A stretch of DNA of 64,000 bases, taken from positions 33,356,001 to 33,420,000 of the forward strand of contig OX597822.1 of NCBI GenBank assembly GCA_951406725.2, in the 5' to 3' direction. Both the position numbers and the translations under genes were made by a program. This stretch comes from Octopus vulgaris. Lineage: Eukaryota. How positions within the stretch are numbered: the stretch's first letter is position 1; every line of letters starts with the position of its first letter. The notes below the pieces were generated by a model. The model had not been told where the DNA came from. It searched no databases and saw only the letters and a list, made by a program, of their open reading frames with translations. This document shows, in pieces, positions 11,226-22,840 of the stretch.

Positions 11226-14200
11226 TATTCACAAACACACTATATATAGATATGTGTGAGTGTATGTCTATAATGTATATAGACCCACAGGTCAGCCCAG
11301 ATTGAACAGAACTATGATCAAAGATGTTCCAACTGCGACCACCCTATCTTTTCATAGACCTACAACAATATTATCCACTACATCCTTTTTATTTAAAGAT
11401 AACAGAATATAATTTAAGGAGTAGTCACCTGTTATTTCTAACACAGCAGTCATATACAACCCCACATACACACACACATGCCATTCTTGGTTCAAGTTCT
11501 TTGATATTCACAAAACCCAAAAATTTTGACTTCAAATTATATTCTTCTGGCTGTCGACTTTGTCCTTAATCCCTCCAAATCACCATATCACACGCCTTTT
11601 AAGGCACATATTCTCATAAGCCACACTGCAAAATTTTGGCCAGCCCTTTCTTAAAACAGTACTTGCCACTAAACCAAACCCTGGTTTCCCATCCCTACAA
11701 ATGTTTGGACAATTTTGCCAAAGAAACAAACCATCATCACGACCACTATTAAAATTATTATTACTATTATTATTATTATTATTATTATTGCGATTTTTGT
11801 GTCACTGAAGGCTGATTTTTTTTTATTTTTGATTGTGCTGGTTTACTTGGCAAATAACATCTAATTCTTTTGTTTTTTTTGCCAGAATTTTCAAAAGTAG
11901 GAAGTGAGAAATGTCAATGATTATTTCAATCAAATGACAATAAAAAATACAGATAACATTTAAATAATAATTAAAAATAAATAATTTTTCAAAATAAAAG
12001 GAAAGAAAAAATTCAATAAAATTTCTTCAGACAAAATTTTTTTTTTTGTTGCTTTTTCTTTTCCTTACCAAGAGCCACTTTCTGCAGATTAAAAAAATAT
12101 CAATCATCATCAATCATTAATTAATCCATCAGTTTTTGATGACAAGTTTCCATAAAGTCCTTGGCAACCCCAAAGATTTATAATGCAGTTTATTTGGGGG
12201 TTCTTTTTTTTTTTTCCCCACAATTTTTCAATATCATCTATTTTGGGTTGCCAAATTTGAAGATATCTATATATATATATAAAAAATCTAATTCTGAGAA
12301 GTCAAGAAATTCTAGTCTAAAATTTATAATAACTCTACTTTATAAACATCATCACCACAAGAACAATAGCTTCCAGTCCCTTTCTGCGCCAATTCTGCTC
12401 GTGTGATTTTAATTTCTCTTCTTTCAAAAAAACTACAATTTCCTTATTTAAAAATCCGTTCAAAAGTCTCTAAAACATGTTAGGTTTTTTTTTTTTTAAC
12501 ATTACTTCCAATATAGCTATTACTATTATTATTATTATTATTATCATAATCATTATCATCATCATTATTTTTATCATCATCAGTTGCCATATTCCCCCTC
12601 CCCCTTTTTTTTTCTTTTCTGAAAATACTCGAGTTTTTATTAAACTTTTCAATCCAACAAAATAACATACAATACCAGAAAGAAAAAAAAAAACACTTTA
12701 TATCCTTGTCTGAAACGTAATTAAACAAATTGATTATGTATTTATTGTCTATTATAGTTGTTGTTGTTGTTGTTGTTGTTATTATTATAATTGTTATTGC
12801 TACTGTTGTAGTTAGTGGTCTTGATTTGTGCATATTTTTGTACCTTTTTTTAAAAAATCAGTTATAAATAAATGGAATAGTTCAGCAATGAGTTGCTCCC
12901 CCTTATCATTCAGAGACCAAAACTGGGCAAACGTGTGACAAAGTCTGTCTCTCTGTGTATGTATACAACTGTGTGTATGTATATATATATATATATATAT
13001 ATAATGTTTAATGTTTGTATGTATGTATGATAAAAGAACAAGGCAAGTGATAATAAGGTCATTTAATGGCCAGATTCTTAGAATCCTTTCTAAGATTGAA
13101 CTCACAACCATTGATTTACTAAATACTAACTAACACAAGGTTTAAATTGATTCAATTCGCAGCCGCAAAGAACACAAAAAGAAAAAATGTAAATTTGTGA
13201 ATGTTACATTATAGTAACAAAGACACATACAAGAATTGGAACCTTAAGAAGTAAACAAATATTTCAAATATTTCTGTACAGGTGTATCCCGTCCCCAAGT
13301 TGTGATAAAAAAAAGAGAAAAGAAAAAACTCACCTAATTAATTGTATTAATTTGTCAAGTAACAAATTCACTTCAAATCCTCAAGAGAGGAAACAAGTAA
13401 GAAATTCTCAAATGAAACACTTTAAAGAGTGTTATAGATACTACAAAGATGTTATAGAATTTGTGGTTGTCAAAGCCAAGAAATCAATATTATGAAAATG
13501 GAGATAGATTAATTGGTAAACAGCTTTAACCAGGTGAGCTATAAGCTTCTTGCTGTTAGTGCTGCTGTTAGTTTAATGAAAAAAAAAAAAAAAAAGTTTC
13601 CAATTGAGCAAGTAAGTAAAATTAACTTGACATATTTTATTTTTTACTATTTTTTCAAGTCCACATTTCTTCCACCCATGTAAAGTAATTTTTGTGTGTA
13701 TATATATATTTTTTTCTAGTTTTTATTATTTTCATGTTATTCTTATGAATAGATGAATATTATTGCATCCAATGAGGGAAGTGGGGAATAAAAGCCTGCT
13801 GTGTTTACATAATACCAGGTGTGTGGAGGGAAGGAGGGAAGTGTTGTAAAGTTATGGTCGGTGTCAAAGTAAGCTAGAGACAGAGATAGGCATCAGTGTG
13901 AGGCATTGTCGATGTCAATATCACAGATAATTTGGTTGGCTTCAAAAGAATTACAGTTCCATAGTTTGAAAAAGGCCACTAGTTTCATAAATATATTAAA
14001 GTATGTAAGCTGCAAGGGATGGAAAGGTGCTTCATTAAAAAAAAAAAAGAAAAAAAAAACAAATAATAATAAATGAATGTATAAATAAATATGAAATAAA
14101 AATTATGAAAGGAGATATTATAAGGGCACATGTTTAAAGATATGGAAGAAAGTGTTCAATTCTTGGAGATTGGAAATTTTTCCTGCAACAAATCAAGACT

Positions 14201-15519
14201 CAACAGATTATTCTGCTCTGATATTAACAGAGAGTCATCATTATCAGTATCATCATTTTTCATCCATTTTCCATACTGGCATGGTTGGACTGCCTGTCAC
14301 AGTCCAAATTAGTCTTGTTCAGAATCACTGTTCCTCTAGTCAGGTCAGGGACCATATCTCGCTTATAAAGTTCCTTTTATTTGGCACAGTTTCTAAGGCT
14401 GGATGCCTTTCCTAACCCCACCCACTACAGACTCCATTAGGAGTACTTCATCCATAACACCAGCATTAGAGAGGGTGTCTTCTTCTCAGCAAAAGCAAAG
14501 AATCATGTCTACCCGCTCCATCCAAGTGTATTAGTTACAGACTGTACTGGGTGCATTTTCATGGTATGAGCACTAGAGAGGCAGCCTTATCCCCTTGCAA
14601 GACTCAAGTGTCCTTTCCATCCTATGTCGCCTCAGTTCATTCACAGCGATGGGACAGAGAGCTCTTAGACAGAAAAGGGAGAGTTATGTTAATTTAATCC
14701 ATTCCTGGATCCCATTGGTTCAAACAGCTGATGCTGTTCTATTGCCAGTCTTTCTCATGCTTTGCAGATGAGAGAGATAAATCTCTGCTTTATAGAAATA
14801 TATCTCTATGTTATAGAGATAAATCTCTGCTCTAATTTGTTGCTGGTGACCTTTTCCAAAAACAAACAATTTTGTCAATATTCCTCCAGCTACATAAAAA
14901 GTAAGGCAGAAATAAGTTTAAGTGTCTCACTTAGAAACATATTGAAAAGTCATTATTGAAATAAAAATTCAGAAACCATGAACTGCCTGGTCAATTTCTT
15001 AATCACCTGGTGAGGTTTTTAACCTCTATAAAGACAGTAAGTTTGAAAAATTTATTCCAAAATGTTGGTCTCATTACAGGCACAAGGCCTCAAAATGTTT
15101 AGGGGATTTGGGGCATAAGGGGAGGGATCAGTTGAAACCAATCGCAGTGTTTTGACTAGTATTTTATTTTAATAATCCCAGGACAAAAGGCAACGTTCAC
15201 CTTGGCTGGAGGACTTCAACTCTGAATATAAGGAGCTTATAGCTAAAAACCACAATGCATTCGGTCCCATACTCTGCTGAGTTCTGCAGATGCATTGCTC
15301 TAATAATAATTGTAATTAATCTAAGTACAAAGCCAGGAATTTTTGAAAGAAAGGGTCAAAAAGTTGGTCAATTGAACTGATCCCAGCATGTAATTGGTAC
15401 TTTATTTTATCAACCCCAGGAGATTGAAAAACGAAGTTGACCGGGCCATAGCTTGAACTCACAATGGAAGCTGTTATAACTTATTATTGCAAGACATTCT
15501 GTTAGATCATTGCCCTAAA

Positions 15520-15576
<57 letters not shown>

Positions 15577-15699
15577 GATGGAAGGCAAAATTGGAACAGG
15601 TGGGATTTGAACTTTGAATTGAGACCATAAGATATCTTGTGCAATATTCTAATGGTTCTGTTGGTTTCAAATTTTGACACAGGGCTAGTAAGTTCAGGG

Positions 15700-15872
15700 T
15701 GCAAGTTAAGTCGATTACATCAACCCCAATATATGCCTGGTACTTATTTTATTGACCCCGAGAGGATGAAAGGCAAAGTCGACCTCAGTGGAATTTGAAA
15801 TCAGAACATAAAGATGGACAAAAGCTGTAGAGCATTTTGCCCGGCACGCTAACGATCCTGCCAGCTTGCCAC
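15700..15872 (-). mobile_element. SINE family B
   Basis: gtcgattacatcaacccc...gaggatgaaaggcaaagtcgacctcagtggaatttgaa...ctgccagcttgcc. Confidence 0.8.
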
Positions 15873-17049
15873 CATAATTGGCATTGAAATATCAATAAGT
15901 GAAAAAGGATAAGAACAAAATAACAAACAGAAAGTAATGAGAGGAATGTCTATAGAAAATATCTCTAAGCAGAGGAAGGAAAAAAAAAAATCCAAAGAAT
16001 CCAAAAAAAACAAACAAAAACAAATAAATAAAACATATAAAGACAAAATAATAAATTTAAATGGAAAAAAAAAATGGTATACTGACAACAGATGTGTAAG
16101 TAAATATAGTGAAAAAGTGGGCAGAGGGACTGCAGCAAATATATATATACATATGTGTTTGTGTGTGTGTGTATGTGTGTGTAACCAGGTACATTGTTGA
16201 ATTTGGACCCAGTCAGATATGTGAGAGGCAGAAAAGCTATAAGGGTACGTAAAGGGTATGCAAATTATGGAAGTGTAACCCTGAATACAAGAATTGTCTC
16301 TTTAATAATGTCCTGTTATTATTTTTTTTTTTTGGTTATTTTGTTTTGTTTTGCTTTGTTCCGTGTATATATATATATATATATATTTTTTTTTTTATTA
16401 TCATTATTAAAGTAACATTTCCTGTACTTGATGATGATCATAATAATAATAATAATAATAATGATAATAATAATAATAATGATAGCAATAATAGTAATAA
16501 TATTAATAGTAATAATAATAATAACAATCTGTTATCCGAGTGGATAAGTTTTTTTTTCCATTTTTAAAAAATTTTCCTTTTTTTTGGCTTTTGTTTTTAA
16601 TCAATTGTTTTAACAAGAATTTAAGTTGCATGTGAATGTATACATATATACATATATATTAACTGTATATGCATATGTATATGTGCATGTGTGAGAGAGT
16701 GAGAGCATGTACGTATATACATATATATATATATATACACACATGTATAAATATGTATATACACACACACATATTGATGAATATGCATATACACTCACAC
16801 ACACATATATATGTATACACACAAACACACACACACACACACACATTTAAAATATTTATACAACCGAGTTGGTGCTAGCATAAATGTGGGTCCAACAGAT
16901 AACCAACACAGCAAGTGGTGGTGAGAATTCACATGGCAGAAGGTTAGGGGGAATGGGGGAAGGGAGAGAAAAGTGAGGTGTGTGCATGTGTGTGTGTGTG
17001 TGTATACATACATACATACATAATGCAAACATGCACAGACACACACAGG

Positions 17050-17056
17050 CATATAT

Positions 17057-17103
<47 letters not shown>

Positions 17104-17179
17104 TACATATATATATATACACATATATATACATATATACACACATATACATATATATATACACATATATATACATATA

Positions 17180-17215
<36 letters not shown>

Positions 17216-17276
17216 CATATACATATATATATATACATATATATATATACATATATATATACATATATATATATAC

Positions 17277-17307
<31 letters not shown>

Positions 17308-17526
17308 CATATATATACATATATAATTACATACATATATATACATATACATATATATACATATACATATATATACATATATATACATACATATATATAC
17401 ATATACATATATACATATATATACATATATATATACATATACATATATACATATATATACATATATATACATATATAATTACATACATACATATATACAT
17501 ATATATACATATATGTATATACATAC

Positions 17527-17557
<31 letters not shown>

Positions 17558-17810
17558 CATATATATATACATATATATATATATACATATATATACATAT
17601 ATAATTACATACATACATGTATATACATATATATACATATATGTATATACATACATATATATATATATGTATATACATATATATATATATATATATGAAT
17701 ATATATATATATACATATACATATATACACATATATACATATACATATATATATACATATACATATACACACATATATACATATACATATATATATACAT
17801 ATACATATAC

Positions 17811-17874
<64 letters not shown>

Positions 17875-17875
17875 C

Positions 17876-17910
<35 letters not shown>

Positions 17911-17926
17911 CACACACACACACACA
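17050..17926. repeat. Long compound (TA)n/(TACA)n microsatellite, about 880 bp
   Basis: Almost only at/ac dinucleotides, with a recurring 'ataattacatac' higher-order unit. It produces the spurious IYIY ORFs. Confidence 0.97.
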
Positions 17927-18036
17927 TTTAAAAGCTGGTCTACGTAGAGCTGCAGCAGTGGATATGGACAGCGAAACGTGGACAGAATGGATTTGAATTT
18001 TCTTTTTTGTTTTTTGTTGTTTTTTTTTTAAATGTT

Positions 18037-18098
<62 letters not shown>

Positions 18099-18147
18099 TA
18101 ATATTAATATAAAATTTGAAAAAAAATAAAAAATAACTGCAAAACTT

Positions 18148-18283
18148 CTAGGAGTAAAAAGTTAAAACACTCTTCTGGTTTCCTCTCAACAATAAAATTG
18201 GTGGCAAGTCCCTTGTGAGAGTATCTATCCAGGCCATGTAGAGACCAGATGAACAAGTGCCTTTCCGTGGCATTGGTAAAGTC
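18148..18283 (-). CDS. SLC12A2: SLC12A/NKCC last coding exon (coding part 136 nt, TAG at 18148-18150)
   Basis: Acceptor tctctcttttcag. Translates [44 protein letters not shown], the canonical NKCC C-terminus. Confidence 0.96.
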
Positions 18284-18411
18284 CTGAAAAGAGAGAGAGA
18301 AAACTAATAACAATAATTATTACCATTATTATTTTCTGAAAAGAAATATAATCATTATGGAAATCCATTCACCAATTTGTCCCTTACGCTCTCCCAAATT
18401 TATTTGTATAT

Positions 18412-18575
18412 AGGCGTGGGAGTGGCTGTGCGGTAAGTAGCTTGCTTCCCAACCACATGGTTCCGGATTCAGTCCCACTGCATGGCATCTTGGCCAAGTG
18501 TCTTCTACTATAGTCTCAGGCCAACCAAAGCCTTGTGAGTTGATTTGATAAATGGAAACTGAAAGAAGCCCATCG

Positions 18576-18648
<73 letters not shown>

Positions 18649-18810
18649 GTATCTGTGTGTCTATATGTTTGTGTGTCTGTGTTGGTCCCCCCAATATCGC
18701 TTGACAACTGATGGAAACTGAAAGAAGCCCATCGTATATATATATATATATATATATTTATGTATGCGTGTGTCTATATGTTTGTGTGTCTGTGTTGGTC
18801 CCCTCCCCCC
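18412..18810 (+). mobile_element. SINE family A with an internal tandem duplication, 3' truncated
   Basis: Head at 18412. The block atggaaactgaaagaagcccatcgtata...gtgtctgtgttggtccc occurs twice (about 18552 and 18711). Confidence 0.85.
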
Positions 18811-18952
18811 CGGATATTTTTTCTCATCTTGTTTGTTATTAACACATTTCAGCTGATAGACCCTCAATGCATTAATATGCATTATATATATATATATACA
18901 TTATATATGTATTATATATATACATTATATACCTACACATATATATATATAC

Positions 18953-19050
<98 letters not shown>

Positions 19051-19562
19051 ATGATTTACTATCTCTATCTCTCCCTCCAACTACACACACACACATATAA
19101 TAGAGGGAGAGAGAGAAGCTTCTAGTTTCCATCCACCAAATTTTACACACTTGTTATCAGTCAACCAATGGCTATTTTACAGGACGTCAGCAGACAGTCA
19201 GCAAAAAGGGGCCAACATCCCCAAACCATGTGATCCTAAAGCAAATTTCCCAACCACACACCTACAAAATCTTTATCTCTCTGAGAGGGTGTATGCGTGA
19301 TTAATTTAAGAGTGAGATGACGAAAAAATTCATGTTGCATTCAGAGTTGTGGTAACTGTCTCAGTTACTTCCCTTTGCTCTCTATGCGGTTCAGCCATCG
19401 CTGAGGCAGATAATAGATTAAGTTTCCAGAACACCCTGAGGGAAATAATTCACACACACACACACACAAAAAAAAAATGTAAAAGAAATACGCAACACAA
19501 TAGTAGTTCAATGAAAGAAACCAGTCAACAAATAAAAACACAAAATAAAAAGGAAATAGCTG

Positions 19563-19983
19563 GGATCTTTTCGGTTTGAACGGCAGTTTTTTCTAGCGGT
19601 GTCATATGAAATTGTCACCCATAATTATGACCCTAGTATCGACCTATTGCATTTCAATCTGTTTTAGGGTTAGGGTTAAGGTTAGGGGTGGGGGGAAGGG
19701 TATCTTTTTTTCTTCACAAATGTAAATAAACCCAATCTGTTTCTTAAATGAGGGACATATTCATACGGCACAGAATGTGTTCACCTCAATAGACGTCAGT
19801 GATTGGTTGAAATTGCAGAAATTGAAGAAAAAAACAACAAATATCTTACAAAATATAGAATTTTCTCAATAAAGCCAAGAAAAAAGGTGTTTTATAAACA
19901 CATTCTACCAGTATATGAAGTTTAAAATTTTTTAGTTACCCAGAAATTATTTTTAAAAACTGCCGTTCAAACCGAAAAGATCC
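19563..19983. mobile_element. MITE with about 28-bp TIRs and a perfect 8-bp TSD (Merlin-like)
   Basis: TIR ggatcttttcggtttgaacggcagtttt / aaaactgccgttcaaaccgaaaagatcc. TSD aatagctg at 19555-19562 and 19984-19991. GG termini. Internal (ttaggg)-like run at about 19663-19688. Confidence 0.88.
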
Positions 19984-20018
19984 AATAGCTGAAGAAAGGA
20001 AACGTTTGCGTTACTTAC

Positions 20019-20086
20019 ATAACAATTAAACTGGCCTCAGAGGAGTGTTGCAACAATAACTCCCTTAACCGTATATGCCGGTTCGT
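20019..20086 (-). CDS. SLC12A2: SLC12A/NKCC exon, 68 nt
   Basis: Acceptor tttctcttcag and donor gtaagt. Translates TNRHIRLRELLLQHSSEASLIV(M), matching NKCC '[23 protein letters not shown]'. Confidence 0.95.
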
Positions 20087-20197
20087 CTGAAGAGAAAGTA
20101 GGGGTAAGTATTTATTATTATTATAGTTGATGATGATGACAATGACAAAACGATGATGATGATGAATATGGTGACGACAATAACAATAGATTCTATT

Positions 20198-20680
20198 ATT
20201 TGTTTCTTTATTGCCCATAAGGGGCTAAACATAGAGGGGACAAAGAAGGACAGACTAAGGGATTAAGTCAATTACATCGACCCCAGTGCATAACTGGTAC
20301 TTATTTAATGGCGGTGAGCTGGCAGAATCGTTAGCACATCAGACGAAATGCGTAGCCGTATTTCGTGTGCCTTTACGTTCTGAGTTCAAATTCCGCCGAG
20401 GTCGACTTTGCCTTTCATCCTTTCGGGGTCGAAAAATAAAGTACCATTTACGCACTGGGGTCGATGTAATCGACTTAATCCGTTTGTCTGTCCTTGTTTG
20501 TCCCCTCTGTATTTAGCCCCTTGTGGGTAGTAAAGAAATAGGTACTTGTTTAATCGACCCCAAAAGGGTGAAAGGCAAAGGTGACCTCAGCGGAATTTGA
20601 ACTCAGAACGTAGCGGCAGACGAAATACCGCTAAGCATTTCGCCCGATGTGCAAACGATTCTGCCAGCTCGCCGCCTTAC
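20198..20680. mobile_element. Nested, oppositely oriented family-B SINEs
   Basis: A plus-strand copy (20310-20540) sits inside a minus-strand copy. It is flanked by a 14-bp TSD, ggtacttatttaat (20296-20309) / ggtacttgtttaat (20541-20554). Confidence 0.9.
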
Positions 20681-21326
20681 AATAAGTTCTAATATTTGAC
20701 AACAGGACAACAAGGTGAGAATGGACAAACACAAACACAACAAAATTATTTAACATAAGAGATCAAGTTGATGGGTTGAAATTTGTATGTGTAACAAAGA
20801 TGTGACATTGATAATTGAGACAATATATTACAATTTATTTTATAATATAATGATGTATTGATTATAATGCTAACAATATATATTTATTCACTGCTTTGTG
20901 GAATATATATGTTACAATAGCAACAATAATGTGTAGCTTAAGAGAAACACTAATTTGAAAAAAAATTTTAATTTAAAATTTTAATAATTTAATTTAAATT
21001 TTATATTTTATATATATATATTATATATTATATTAATTATAGTTATTTTTTGTTTTTTATGTTTTGGTTTATGTCTATCACTGTTTGAGTTGCCTAATAG
21101 TGGTTTTATCTCTAATTTAATTTATATTTATATTGTGAAATTTGAGTTAATCCTAAATCTAATTTTTCCCTGTATGTTTGGATATACTCCCTAATATAAT
21201 TATTATTATATATATATATATATATTTTTCTCTTTTTTTAGTTTCAGCTCAGAGCTGCGGCCATGCTGATGCACCGATATATTATCATCATCGTTTAGTG
21301 TCCGCTTTCCATGCTAGCATGGGTTG

Positions 21327-21372
<46 letters not shown>

Positions 21373-21378
<6 letters not shown>

Positions 21379-21606
21379 TCTTTATTGCCCACAAGGGGCT
21401 AAACACAGAGGGGACAAACAAGGACAGACAAACGGAGTAAGTCGATTATATCGACCCCAGTGCATAACTGGTACTTAATTTATCGACCCCAAAAGGATGA
21501 AAGGCAAAGTCGACCTCTGCGGAATTTGAACTCAGAACGTAACGGCAGATGAAATGCTGCTAAGCATTTCGCCCGGCGTACTAACGTTTCTACCAGCTTG
21601 CCGCCA
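21373..21606 (-). mobile_element. SINE family B, full length
   Basis: ttctttattgcccacaaggggctaaac...ctaccagcttgccgcc. Also at 23076-23305 (-), 24235-24443 (+) and 25566-25797 (+). Confidence 0.88.
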
Positions 21607-22076
21607 TGTATCTATCTATCTATCTATCTATCTCCTTCTGGGTGTGTATATCTGTCTATGATAAATTGCCATTCAAATAGTGAGAGAGAACGATTATGGC
21701 TTCTGAGAAGGAGATGCTCGGAGGAAGTAAATGCTCAGTGAGGTATCAACATTTAGACTTTATGACTGAGACAATGTGTAAAAACATTTTTTTAAAATAT
21801 ACTTACACACACACACACACACACACGAATTTGTATCAAGAAACAAAACATTTAGTGACAGTAAGGCACAATACTTTTAGTAGGGTAAAATTTATTGGTA
21901 ACATTAATGTAACTTTGTACTCACACACACACACACACACAAATACATGATACATATATTAGTACATTTTTATACAACTGTATGCATATATAGATATGAA
22001 AATTAAATTTCCTGTGTAATTTAAGTGATAATCCAAAAGAAATAATAAGACAGGTATCTACCTAAATATAAATAAA

Positions 22077-22312
22077 ATATAAAATACAGTGTACATTTAA
22101 CACATTAAGAGGTTTCCATCATACGAATCCTTTATGCTAGAAAGAACAGCTAAATTCCAAACCACTAATTAGGGATAAATTCTCGAAGGGAATGAAAAGT
22201 AAAAACATTTACCATCTATTTCCTGGTTTGGAATTTAGCTGTTTTTTCTAGCATAAAGGATTCCTATGATGGAAACCTCTTAATGTGTTTAAATGTACAC
22301 TATATTTTATAT
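22077..22312. repeat. Fold-back element, arms of about 88 bp around a 59-bp spacer
   Basis: 22077-22164 is the near-perfect reverse complement of 22224-22312. Confidence 0.88.
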
Positions 22313-22409
22313 GAATAATATATAGTCTATTGACTAATTTTTCTGTACGCTAGGCCACTGTTAGTAAAAATTTCTAAAATCTTTATTACCCTGATATTAT
22401 TAATTTTTT

Positions 22410-22612
22410 TTTTTCATTTCATTTCATCTAGTTTCAGCTCACGAGCTGTGGCCATGCTGGGGCACCGCCATTTGGTATTGCTACATGATTTTACTTCACG
22501 AATGCTTTTTAGCAATTGACATTTGGTGCATGAGAGAGTTTGATGCAGCTGCCCTCATCTGCACCTCCTGCCGTGAAGTTGGTTCATCTGGGACACCTGA
22601 CAGGAAGAGGGT
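22410..22612 (-). mobile_element. LINE 3' end (CR1-group-like) whose tail matches SINE family A
   Basis: Translates LFLSGVPDEPTSRQEVQMRAAASNSLMHQMS, a LINE ORF2-type C-terminus. It is followed by ggcggtgccccagcatggccacagctcgtgagctgaaact and a (tgaaa)n tail. Confidence 0.7.
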
Positions 22613-22722
22613 TAGGATTATATTTCAAAATGGGTTGGTTTTTTAGGGTTTTTTTTGTTGTTCTTAACATATCACCTATTAAACAATGCTTCTTGTGTAT
22701 TAAGGCATGGTGAACAACCTAC

Positions 22723-22840
22723 CTTATCTTTAAGAAGTTTCAATTGGTCACGAGTTGTTTTCCATGGATACTTCTCTTTAGTTTCCCCTTTCTCTTCATC
22801 CAAAATGAAACCTTCAAGAAGACTGTCAAACTCTTGCCTC
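22723..22840 (-). CDS. SLC12A2: SLC12A/NKCC exon, 118 nt
   Basis: Acceptor ctcttattcag and donor aag|gtagg. Translates RQEFDSLLEGFILDEEKGETKEKYPWKTTRDQLKLLKDK, similar to the NKCC 'PWRITDNELE..K' region. Phases fit. Confidence 0.92.

Larger units (their letters stand above)
11540..18147 (-). other. Probable long 3' UTR / downstream region of the SLC12A gene
   Basis: Follows the stop codon. 11.5-14.1 kb is U-rich on the minus strand, nearly free of SINEs, and has several AATAAA-type hexamers. The true 3' end cannot be determined from sequence. Confidence 0.35.

Noticed and set aside
16856-17996. Long ORFs (up to 327 aa) of I/Y/M/C/H/T, also at 10.6-11.2 kb and 51.4-52.2 kb
   Set aside because: They are translations of (TA)n/(CA)n microsatellites.
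19663-19688. Telomere or chromosome-fusion site
   Set aside because: Only about 4 imperfect units, internal to a TSD-flanked MITE.
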